Shown one piece after another: positions 1 through 8,096 of a stretch of DNA of 17,334 nt. Within the stretch, counting starts at the first letter, position 1, and each line of letters opens with the position of its first letter. The notes beneath the pieces were generated by a model. It made no database searches. It worked only from the letters and a program-made list of their open reading frames with translations, and had not been told where the DNA came from. Position numbers and translations under genes: made by a program. The stretch is from Abditibacteriaceae bacterium (GTDB taxonomy: Bacteria; Armatimonadota; Abditibacteriia; Abditibacteriales; Abditibacteriaceae): contig JANMKN010000267.1 of assembly GCA_031372065.1 (NCBI GenBank), forward strand, positions 1-17,334. The letters are read 5' to 3'.

Positions 1-366
1 GAGCAGGATAACTTGATTGTCGCCGGGCGCCGTTTGCTGGAAATGGGGCCGAAGTTCGTGATTATCAAAAAAGGCGAGCACGGCGCGCTGCTCTTTTCGC
101 AGGACGGCATTTTCGCCTCGGTCAGCTATCCTTTGGAAAAAGTGGTTGACCCGACCGGCGCGGGCGACTCGTTTGCCGGTTCGCTTATCGGCTATTTGGC
201 CAAAACCGGCGATATTTCCTTAGAAAACTTGAAGCGCGCCATCGTTTACGGCAGCGTCGTCGCCTCCACAACGGTGCAGGATTTTTCCCTCGCCTCGCTC
301 AAAGCGCTGACAATGGATGAAGTCGAACGCCGCTATGAAATCGTCAAAAGCATGAGCGCGTTTTAG
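1..366 (+). CDS. PfkB/ribokinase-family carbohydrate or nucleoside kinase, 3' part (5' end outside window)
   Basis: Frame is open from base 1 (EQDNLIVAGRR...). Contains VIIKKGEHGA and the PfkB C-terminal signature VVDPTGAGDSFAG. Stop TAG at 364-366. Confidence 0.92.
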   Translation, partial: EQDNLIVAGRRLLEMGPKFVIIKKGEHGALLFSQDGIFASVSYPLEKVVDPTGAGDSFAGSLIGYLAKTGDISLENLKRAIVYGSVVASTTVQDFSLASLKALTMDEVERRYEIVKSMSAF

Positions 367-381
367 TGTTGGGAAAACAGC

Positions 382-480
382 TTTGGTAGAAAAATGGGGG
401 CAGAAAAATGAAATTCAAGGAATGCGTTTCGCAAAAGAACTGCAAAAATCCTATTTTTCTGCCCCAATTTTTCTGCCAAA
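382..480. repeat. Imperfect 28-bp inverted repeat with 14-nt internal periodicity (REP-like element or bidirectional terminator)
   Basis: Left arm 382-409 TTTGGTAGAAAAATGGGGGCAGAAAAAT matches the reverse complement of 453-480 (TTTGGCAGAAAAATTGGGGCAGAAAAAT) at 26/28, with a 43-nt spacer. Lies between convergent genes. Confidence 0.85.
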
Positions 481-502
481 ATTCTCATTCGGCGCATTTT
501 CG

Positions 503-1459
503 TTAACGTAGTTCATCAAGAAGTTTTAAATCAAGGAAAATTTCGGGTTGTGGCGCTAATTCGGGCAAGGGCGGCAACTCGCGTGGCGGAAGTCCGGCTT
601 TTTGGCGCAATTCGTTGATGTCGGTTTGCATCTGCCGCAATTGGCCGAGAATTGTCAGAATATCTACGTCAGGATTGGCGGGAATGAAGCCGGTGCGCAT
701 GGTTTGCATGGCGATTTGGGCATAAGTGGAACTGCATTCGGCGTTGCTGGCCCAGTGCAGTTTTCCGGTTTTGTCGGTTAAGCCCACGGCGTCAATTTCA
801 TTCCAGCCGGGCACATTTTTGGAGTCCAGATAAATTTTTAGGCGATTGGTTTTAAACGGGCGCGGGAAGTTTTTCTGATTGATGAAAATGGCGTCCAGTG
901 GCGGATTGTCGCGCCCGGCCCAAATTTCCTCTTCGGTGCCATCTAAAGTAAACGCGGTGATTTTATTGATCGCACCGGGATTGTATGTTTCGTAAATCGC
1001 CACGCCGGAAGCCAAAACGGGCGCGTCGTATTCGAGCAAAAGCCATTCGTCTTGTTCGTCTCGCGTTTTCGCGGCCCACGCCGTTGAAAAATCGCCTGCT
1101 TGGAGCGTGTCCGGCTCACCCGTCAGTTGTTCCGGCCCCCAACGGCGCTTTTCGCTGCGCTGGTCGCGCCAGATAAACCAATATGGCGCGGCATAAACGC
1201 GATAGCCAGCGGGCACGGCGGTTTTGCCGATGATGCCGGCGGATTGCAGGCCTTGGTCGGCAAACTCGCCGACTGTGGCCCCTGCTTTGGCATCGGCGAT
1301 TTGCATCAAAAGCATCGAATACTTGCCGTTGCCATTGGCTTTTTTCAACAAGGCTTCAAGGTTGGGCGGCGCGGGCAAAAGTGGTTGAGACACGGCGGGC
1401 AGGCCACCGGTCACCAACGAAACCATCAACAACGCTAACAAGACGAAACGCAGTTTCAT
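503..1459 (-). CDS. Secreted hypothetical protein with a discoidin/galactose-binding-like (pappalysin-type) domain
   Basis: Sec-type signal peptide MKLRFVLLALLMVSLVTGGLPAVS. Motifs WGPEQLTGEPD, GDFSTAWA, EWLLLEY, IYETYNPGAI, WNEIDAVGL. C-terminal short coiled-coil-like segment and Pro-rich tail. Confidence 0.75.
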   Translation of the reverse strand: MKLRFVLLALLMVSLVTGGLPAVSQPLLPAPPNLEALLKKANGNGKYSMLLMQIADAKAGATVGEFADQGLQSAGIIGKTAVPAGYRVYAAPYWFIWRDQRSEKRRWGPEQLTGEPDTLQAGDFSTAWAAKTRDEQDEWLLLEYDAPVLASGVAIYETYNPGAINKITAFTLDGTEEEIWAGRDNPPLDAIFINQKNFPRPFKTNRLKIYLDSKNVPGWNEIDAVGLTDKTGKLHWASNAECSSTYAQIAMQTMRTGFIPANPDVDILTILGQLRQMQTDINELRQKAGLPPRELPPLPELAPQPEIFLDLKLLDELR

Positions 1460-1563
1460 GACGCAATCTCCTTGGCCCGCGCGAAACCAATTGTCTTAAA
1501 CAAATGCTCTTATTGCGGGCACGCTCTTTGTGCTTTGACCATCGGGCGGTTAATTTTATTCTT

Positions 1564-2148
1564 ATGAAAATTGGCGTGTTGGCTTTGCAGGGCGATGTAG
1601 AAGCGCATCGCAGCGTTTTAGAGGCGTGCGGCGCAAGCGTTGTTCCCGTGCGCGAAGCGGCAGATTTGGAAAACCTTGCCGGATTGGTTGTTCCCGGCGG
1701 TGAAAGCACCGTGATGAGCCGCCTTTGTGACCGCTACGAATTGTGGGAGCCGCTGCACGAAAAAATTGCGGGCGGCATGGGCGTCTTGGGCACCTGCGCG
1801 GGCCTTATTTTGATGGCGAGTCAAATTTCTGGCGGCACCAAAAATTTCACGCAAAAAACGCTGGGGATTTTAGATATTGAAGTAGCGCGCAACGCTTACG
1901 GCGCGCAGCGTGATTCGTTTGAAGCCGATATCGACGTGCCGCTTTTGCAAACCAATGTGCGCGGCGTTTTCATTCGCGCCCCGCGCATCGAAACCGTCGG
2001 CGAAGATACGGAAATTTTGGGCCATCACAACGACGCGCCGGTTATCGTGCGCCAAGGCAAGCACTTAGCGATGGCATTTCACCCCGAACTGGCGGGCGAA
2101 ACGCGCTTGCACCAATTATGGCTCGAAGTATTGCAAACCGAAAATTAG
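1564..2148 (+). CDS. pdxT: Pyridoxal 5'-phosphate synthase glutaminase subunit PdxT
   Basis: Starts MKIGVLALQGD at ATG 1564, the typical PdxT N-terminus. Motifs PGGEST, GTCAG (catalytic Cys), RNAYGAQRDSFE, VFIRAP, FHPEL (His/Glu of the triad). Confidence 0.96.
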   Translation: MKIGVLALQGDVEAHRSVLEACGASVVPVREAADLENLAGLVVPGGESTVMSRLCDRYELWEPLHEKIAGGMGVLGTCAGLILMASQISGGTKNFTQKTLGILDIEVARNAYGAQRDSFEADIDVPLLQTNVRGVFIRAPRIETVGEDTEILGHHNDAPVIVRQGKHLAMAFHPELAGETRLHQLWLEVLQTEN

Positions 2149-2423
2149 CGGCCCCATTGCGGCGAAATAGTGCCGGGAATTTTTTTCAAAGCGCGGTTTT
2201 TAAAATTACGGATGTAAATCGTAAAATCTGCCTCGCTCGGCTCCCAGTTCTGCTCTTTGGCGGCCAGTTTTTCTTGTTCTTTTTACGCCGAGGCCGCAAT
2301 CGACACGCCGACGGGATTTTCGATGGCGCGGGAATGAACCGATTCGGCGTAAAGCAGTTTTTTGCCGTCCGGCGCAAGCTGCGCGGGACTGAAATCTCGG
2401 CTTGAGTAAAGTGGTTTGCCTGT
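2145..2423 (-). pseudogene. 3' remnant of a TolB/PD40-like beta-propeller gene
   Basis: Manual translation of a frame absent from the ORF track: TGKPLYSSRDFSPAQLAPDGKKLLYAES...AASA*KEQEKLAAKEQNWEPSEADFTIYIRNFKNRALKKIPGTISPQWGR*. Internal TAA at 2283-2285, no start codon, and the terminal TAA (2145-2147) overlaps the pdxT stop. Confidence 0.6.
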
Positions 2424-2496
2424 CCTCTGGCAAGCGAAATCCCTTGAGTTACGCGCCGCTTCATGCTACACACTTGCAAAAGAAAAGGAATATCGA

Positions 2497-4968
2497 ATGC
2501 AGAAATTTTCGCTGACGGGCGATTGGCAGTTCAAGCAGCAAGGCAAAAAAGAATGGCTCGCGGCGCGCGTGCCGGGCTGCGTGCATACCGATTTGCATCG
2601 CGCGGAACTCATTGCCGACCCGTTTTGGGGCAGCAACGAATTGCAATTGGCGTGGATTGAACGTGCCGATTGGCAGTATCGCCGCACCTTTGCATTGACC
2701 GATGAAATGCTGCAAGCTCAGAATGTTGAACTGGTTTGCGATGGCCTTGATACATTAGCCACAGTTTTCGTCAACGGCCAAAAAATCGCCTCCACCGAGA
2801 ATATGTTTATCGGCTATCGCTGGCCGGTGAAAAAGCATTTGCAAACCGGCAAAAACGAAATCGAAATTCGCTTTGCCAATCCGATAGATTACATCGAAGC
2901 GCGCCGCAAAAAACACAATTTTGCCGAATGGTGCGACCCAGTTGGCGGTTCTTCCAATATCCGCAAAGAACAATGCTCCTTTGGCTGGGATTGGGGGCCG
3001 CGCTTCCCTACTTGCGGTATTTGGAAAGAGATTCGCCTCGAAATGTGGACAGGCAATCGCATCGTTGACTTTTGCGTCGAACAGCATCACGCTGAGGGCA
3101 AAGTCACGCTTTCTGTAGTGACTGAATTAGCCAAAAAACAAAACGCCCATTGCCGCGCTATGCTGAAATTTGGTGATGAAATTATTGCGCAAAGCGAAGG
3201 TAGCGGCGCTTTGCAATTGACCATCGCAAACCCGCAGCTTTGGTGGCCCAATGGTCTGGGCGCGCAGCCACTTTATGATTTGGAAGTGGAGTTGTTAAGC
3301 GGCAGCGAAGTAAGCGATTCCAAAAAAATACGTCTTGGCTTGCGCACCATAATTCTGGATCGTCACGCCGACGAATGGGGCGAGAGTTTTCAATTTGTCG
3401 TCAACGGCGTGCCGTTTTTTGCTAAAGGTGCTAACTGGATTCCGGCGCACAGTTTTGTCAACGAAGTTTCGCATTCTGACTATGATAATTTGCTGTCGTC
3501 GGCTGTTGAAGCGCACATGAATATGCTGCGCGTTTGGGGCGGCGGTATTTATGAAAGGGAGGAATTTTACGACCTGTGCGACGAAAAAGGCATCATGGTC
3601 TGGCAGGATTTTATGTTCGCTTGTTCGCTGTATCCGGGCGATGAAAAATTCCTTAAATCAGTCGAAAGCGAAGCGCGCTACCAAACCAAACGCCTGCGCC
3701 ATCGCGCGTGTTTGGCTTTGTGGTGCGGCAATAACGAGTTGGAGCAAATGCCGCAGGAAATTACGGCCACACCAGAGCGAAAGGCGGCCTACGACGCCAT
3801 TTTTTATGATATTTTGGCGCGTGTGACCAATGAACTTAATCCGCAAATTGCTTATTGGCCGAGTTCGCCACACAACCCCGAAGGCTATGAAAAAGGCCAC
3901 AATAACGAAAATGCCGGTGACTGCCATTTTTGGGACGTGTGGCACGCGCGCAAGCCGGTCAAAACCTACGAAAGCAAGAACTTTCGCTTTTGCTCCGAGT
4001 TTGGAATGCAATCGTATTCCTCGCCGGAAATCGCCGCTACGTTTTGCGATCCGCAAGATTTCAATGTCTTTGGCCCGGCGATGGAAAATCATCAAAAAAA
4101 CGGCGCGGGCAACCTCATCATTTTCGATTACATTTCGCGGCTTTATCGTTTTCCCAAAGACTTTGCGGGCCTGTCGTATTTGTCGCAATTGAATCAGGCT
4201 TATTGCATGAAAGTTGGCATCGAACATTTTCGCCGCGCCATGCCGCGCACGATGGGCGCGCTGTATTGGCAACTCAACGATTGCTGGCCGGTGTTTTCGT
4301 GGTCGAGTTTGGAATTCGGCGGCAAGTGGAAAGCCTTGCATTTTGCCGCGCAAAAATTCTTCGCGCCCGCCTTGGTTTCGGCTCATGTGCCCGGCGATGA
4401 AACGGTGCAATATTCAAGCAATCGAGTCGTGTCAGATATACACGAAGTCAACCTTCACACCGTTTACGACGGCGTTAAAACGCGCAACGCGCAGTTGCAT
4501 TGGACGCTTTACCACTTGGATAATCGCGTTGTAAAATCGGGTCGCCAAAAAGTGACTTTGCGCTATGGCGAAAGCATTTTGCAACAGCAGCTTGATTTTC
4601 AAAAAGAGATAGACAAATATGGGCGGCGCGCTCTTTATTTGCGCATTTTTCTGACTGATGGCGATGAATTGCTCTCGCAAAACACAGTTTTCTTCACTGC
4701 GCCGCGCTATTTGGAATTTGAGCGCGAAAAATTGATGCCTTCCATTGAAAAAACCGGCGAATGCTGCTACAAATTACATTTTGAGGCACAACAATTTCAC
4801 CATCAAGTGATGTTCAATTTGCCAAATGCGCCCTCTCGCGCGAGTGATAATTTCTTCGATTTATTTCCCAATGTGCCGCACTTTGTGGAACTGCGCACCG
4901 AAGAAAATTTCTCCGTTGCACAGTTGAAAAAGCGCTTGAACGTCATGTCTTACGCGGATGCGTATTAA
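2497..4968 (+). CDS. Beta-mannosidase, glycoside hydrolase family 2
   Basis: Likely start ATG 2497 (MQKFSLTGDWQF) after AAAAGGAA. Motifs GLDTLATVFVNG, FGWDWGP, KGANWIP, MNMLRVWGGG, WQDFMFAC, WCGNNE (acid/base), SEFGMQS (nucleophile), YWQLNDCWP. No signal peptide. Confidence 0.93.
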   Translation: MQKFSLTGDWQFKQQGKKEWLAARVPGCVHTDLHRAELIADPFWGSNELQLAWIERADWQYRRTFALTDEMLQAQNVELVCDGLDTLATVFVNGQKIASTENMFIGYRWPVKKHLQTGKNEIEIRFANPIDYIEARRKKHNFAEWCDPVGGSSNIRKEQCSFGWDWGPRFPTCGIWKEIRLEMWTGNRIVDFCVEQHHAEGKVTLSVVTELAKKQNAHCRAMLKFGDEIIAQSEGSGALQLTIANPQLWWPNGLGAQPLYDLEVELLSGSEVSDSKKIRLGLRTIILDRHADEWGESFQFVVNGVPFFAKGANWIPAHSFVNEVSHSDYDNLLSSAVEAHMNMLRVWGGGIYEREEFYDLCDEKGIMVWQDFMFACSLYPGDEKFLKSVESEARYQTKRLRHRACLALWCGNNELEQMPQEITATPERKAAYDAIFYDILARVTNELNPQIAYWPSSPHNPEGYEKGHNNENAGDCHFWDVWHARKPVKTYESKNFRFCSEFGMQSYSSPEIAATFCDPQDFNVFGPAMENHQKNGAGNLIIFDYISRLYRFPKDFAGLSYLSQLNQAYCMKVGIEHFRRAMPRTMGALYWQLNDCWPVFSWSSLEFGGKWKALHFAAQKFFAPALVSAHVPGDETVQYSSNRVVSDIHEVNLHTVYDGVKTRNAQLHWTLYHLDNRVVKSGRQKVTLRYGESILQQQLDFQKEIDKYGRRALYLRIFLTDGDELLSQNTVFFTAPRYLEFEREKLMPSIEKTGECCYKLHFEAQQFHHQVMFNLPNAPSRASDNFFDLFPNVPHFVELRTEENFSVAQLKKRLNVMSYADAY

Positions 4969-5010
4969 GGGGGCGCGTTGATTATTTATATGCGCTGCCC
5001 AACACACCGT

Positions 5011-7479
5011 ATGAAATTCCCGCACTATTTCCTCCTTGCTATGACTGTTTCCAACTTGGCCGCCGCGCCTTTGCACGCGCAGGGCATGCGGGCTGATTAT
5101 GAGCGTGCGCTGTCGCTGGAGAAGCGCACAGCGAACAAAGTTTTTCGTGACCGCGTGACGCCCAACTGGTTGGATAATGGCGCCTTTTGGTATCGCGTGG
5201 CAACCGGGCCAAGCGAATTTGAATTCGTGTTTGTGGATGAAAAGGGACAGCGTAAAGCGGCATTCGATCACAAAAAATTAGCGATGCTCCTCAGCGAACA
5301 AAACGGCAAAAAAATCGCGCCGCAAAGTTTGCCATTCAGCAGCATCCAAATCGCGCCTGATGGCGCTTGGGTGCGTTTTCGCGTTGAGGGAAAAACGTAT
5401 CAATTCGACGCCGTCGGTTTGCGCGAAAGCAAAGAAAACATCAGCGAAAACGCGCTTGCTGCCGCGCGCCGCGTTGTGCCCAGTCGTCGCACCGGCGAAG
5501 AATCGGGCATCAATTTCATCAACCGCACTGTGGGCGAAGTGGCGCTTTTTTGGTCGGGCACCGATGGCGCTTTGAAGCAATACGGCACCATAAAACCCAA
5601 CGAAACGCGGCGGCAACACACGTTCGCGGGCCACGTTTGGGTTGTCAAAGACGGCAAAGGAAAACTGCTCGGCGTTTTTGAGGCGGAGGACGACGAAGGC
5701 GATGCCATCATTGACGGCACTTTCGCGCTGCCAAAAAGAGAGCCGAAAACCGAGCAGCCCAAAGACCCCGACACGGCCTTTATCCGTGATTTTAATGTGT
5801 GGCTGCGCGAGGGCGAAAAAGAAATTCAATTAACACGCGATGGCAGCAAAGAGAACGCGTTTCAAGTGCCGTTTTTCTGGTCGCCCGATGGCACAAAATT
5901 CGTGGCGCGCCAAATCAAACCGGCGCAGGAACACAAAGTTTTTATCGTGGATTCCTCGCCCGAAGATCAACTTCAACCAAAACTGAAAACCATTGATTAT
6001 CTCAAACCTGGCGATCAAATCGAGCAGGAGCGCCCGCGATTATTTGACGTGAAAAGCGCAAAAGAAATCGCGGTTTCGAGCGAGTTGTTTTCAAATCCGT
6101 GGAGCATCGAAGAACTGAAATGGGACAAAGACAGCAGCGCCTTTTCGTTTCTTTATAATCAACGTGGCCATCAAGTTTTGCGCGTGCTTCGCGTGGATAA
6201 AAACGGTGCTGTTTCGCCCATTATCGAAGAAACCAGCCCAACATTTATTGATTACTCGCAGAAAGAATATTTCAAACGCTTGGAGAAAACAAATGAAATT
6301 TTGTGGGCCAGCGAACGCGATGGCTACAATCATTTGTATTTGTTCGATGCCAAAACCGGCGCCTTGAAAAACCAAATAACACGCGGCGCGTGGATGGTGC
6401 GCGCGGTGGAAAGAGCGGACGAAGACAAGCGCCAAATCTGGCTGCGCGTCATGGGCGCGGTGCCGGGGCAAGACCCGTATTACGAGCATCTGGCGCGCGT
6501 GAATTTTGACGGTAGCGGTTTCAAAATTCTCACTTTCGGCGACGGCACACACAAATGGCAAATCTCGCCCGACGGCACGCGTTTAATTGATACCTTTTCG
6601 CGCGTGGATAGCGCGCCGATTACGACTTTGCGCGATGCGCAAACTGGCGTGGAATTGAGTGAATTGGAAAAGGCTAACGCCACTGAACTGTTGAAAACGG
6701 GCTGGACGCTGCCCGAACGCTTTGTCGCCAAAGGACGCGACGGGCAAACCGATATTTATGGTGTTATTATCAAGCCTTCCAACTTCGATGCAGCAAAGAA
6801 ATATCCGGTTATCGAACAGATTTACGCCGGGCCGCAGGATTATTTCACGCCGAAGTCGTTTGGCACCTTAAATAACTTGCACAAAATGGCCGAACTGGGG
6901 TTTGTCGTGGTGCAAATGGATGGCATGGGCACCAATTGGCGCGGCAAAAAGTTTCATGATGTGGCTTGGAAAAACTTGAAAGACGCTGGCTTTCCTGATC
7001 GCATCGCGTGGATGAAAGCCGCCGCCAAAACGCACCCTTGGATGGATTTATCGCGCGTTGGTGTTTACGGTGGTAGCGCCGGAGGCCAAAATGCGTTGGG
7101 CGCTTTGTTATTTCACGGTGATTTTTACAAAGCCGCCGCTGCCGACTGCGGCTGCCATGATAATCGCATGGACAAAATCTGGTGGAATGAAGCGTGGATG
7201 GGCTGGCCCGTCGGCCCCGAATACGCCGACAATTCCAATGTCACGCACGCCAAGAACTTGCAAGGTAAATTGCTGCTCACTGTTGGCGGATTAGATACTA
7301 ATGTTGATCCGGCTTCGACCATGCAAGTCGCCGATGCCTTAATCAAAGCCGATAAAGATTTCGAGTTAATTATTTTCCCCGGCGCGAATCACGGCGCGGG
7401 TGAAAGCCCTTACGGACAAAGGCGGCGCATGGATTTCTTCGTGCGCAGTTTGCTCGAAGCCCCATCACGCGCGAATTAA
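5011..7479 (+). CDS. Secreted S9B / dipeptidyl-peptidase IV-like serine peptidase with inserted VHL-beta-like domain
   Basis: Likely start ATG 5011 with signal peptide MKFPHYFLLAMTVSNLAAAPLHA. DPPIV_N propeller motifs (WSPDG, SERDGYNHLY), IYAGPQ, nucleophile GGSAGG (Ser at 7075-7077), DTNVD (Asp) and ANHG (His). Confidence 0.92.
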   Translation: MKFPHYFLLAMTVSNLAAAPLHAQGMRADYERALSLEKRTANKVFRDRVTPNWLDNGAFWYRVATGPSEFEFVFVDEKGQRKAAFDHKKLAMLLSEQNGKKIAPQSLPFSSIQIAPDGAWVRFRVEGKTYQFDAVGLRESKENISENALAAARRVVPSRRTGEESGINFINRTVGEVALFWSGTDGALKQYGTIKPNETRRQHTFAGHVWVVKDGKGKLLGVFEAEDDEGDAIIDGTFALPKREPKTEQPKDPDTAFIRDFNVWLREGEKEIQLTRDGSKENAFQVPFFWSPDGTKFVARQIKPAQEHKVFIVDSSPEDQLQPKLKTIDYLKPGDQIEQERPRLFDVKSAKEIAVSSELFSNPWSIEELKWDKDSSAFSFLYNQRGHQVLRVLRVDKNGAVSPIIEETSPTFIDYSQKEYFKRLEKTNEILWASERDGYNHLYLFDAKTGALKNQITRGAWMVRAVERADEDKRQIWLRVMGAVPGQDPYYEHLARVNFDGSGFKILTFGDGTHKWQISPDGTRLIDTFSRVDSAPITTLRDAQTGVELSELEKANATELLKTGWTLPERFVAKGRDGQTDIYGVIIKPSNFDAAKKYPVIEQIYAGPQDYFTPKSFGTLNNLHKMAELGFVVVQMDGMGTNWRGKKFHDVAWKNLKDAGFPDRIAWMKAAAKTHPWMDLSRVGVYGGSAGGQNALGALLFHGDFYKAAAADCGCHDNRMDKIWWNEAWMGWPVGPEYADNSNVTHAKNLQGKLLLTVGGLDTNVDPASTMQVADALIKADKDFELIIFPGANHGAGESPYGQRRRMDFFVRSLLEAPSRAN

Positions 7480-7639
7480 TACAGCATCGCTTATTGTAAC
7501 CACCCAACAGCTATTTGCTATAGCAACCCGTTTCCCCACAATATAAAACCAGTTGCTCGCCCTTGGAATCCTCTTAGAATCAGTTTGGAAAGTCTTATTT
7601 GAGGCGGAAAAGAGGCATTTTGTTGTCCTGATCTTGCCA

Positions 7640-8070
7640 AGGATATCGGCGTGCCGCGCGGTTTCTATGAATAGTCCGACGGCTTCACTTGTCGGCAAAG
7701 GCGCTAATTCTCGCTTGACTTCGGCCAATAATCCCAACGGCTGGCGCGTGGTCACGAGGCATTTCACGCCGGGCGCGGCTTGCAATAATTCGTTGGCAAC
7801 TTGACCGGCTTCGGAAATTTGCTCGGTGTTATCCAACACCAAAAGCAAATGCCGCTCGCGCAGAAAATTCCACAATTGTTCCTGCAAAGGCAGCGACGCT
7901 TGCGGTTGCGATTGCACGCCTTTGACGATGCAGGCAAGCATCGCTTCGCGGCTATGCGCTTCGTCCAAGGCGATTCACCATATGCCGTCTTTGGACAAGC
8001 CATATTTTTCTGCCGCGCATAGTTTGGCTCATTGCAAGGCACTGCGCGTTTTGCCCATGCCGCCAAAAGC
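7640..8070 (-). pseudogene. Remnant of a STAND/NB-ARC-like predicted ATPase (COG3903 type)
   Basis: One frame reads AFGGMGKTRSALQ*AKLCAAEKYGLSKDGIW*IALDEA...LLLVLDNTEQ...VKCLVTTRQPL...LAPLPTSEAVGLF. Walker A at 8047-8064, Walker B at about 7820-7850, in-frame TGA stops at 8029-8031 and 7975-7977. Both ends are truncated. Confidence 0.82.
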
Positions 8071-8096
8071 GCACGCCGCCTGTTTCGTGCAACACC

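Noticed and set aside
2444..2472. Possible promoter TTGAGT-N17-TACACA for the mannosidase
   Set aside because: The -10 box lacks the conserved final T, so support is insufficient without TSS data.
2118..2479. ORF-track calls 2118-2405 (+), 2186-2479 (-) and 2206-2433 (-)
   Set aside because: They are Arg-rich and motif-less. The third minus frame (TolB-like remnant) explains the region better.
3658..4410. 250-aa minus-strand ORF and the many other nested ORFs of 60-180 aa
   Set aside because: They lie antisense or out of frame within well-supported genes and have no recognisable motifs, as expected for shadow ORFs.
7975..8031. TGA recoding (Trp/Sec or alternative genetic code) in the ATPase remnant
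   Set aside because: Long genes in the window are open under the standard code, TGA ends the Calx-beta frame at its natural terminus, and the ATPase is truncated at both ends.
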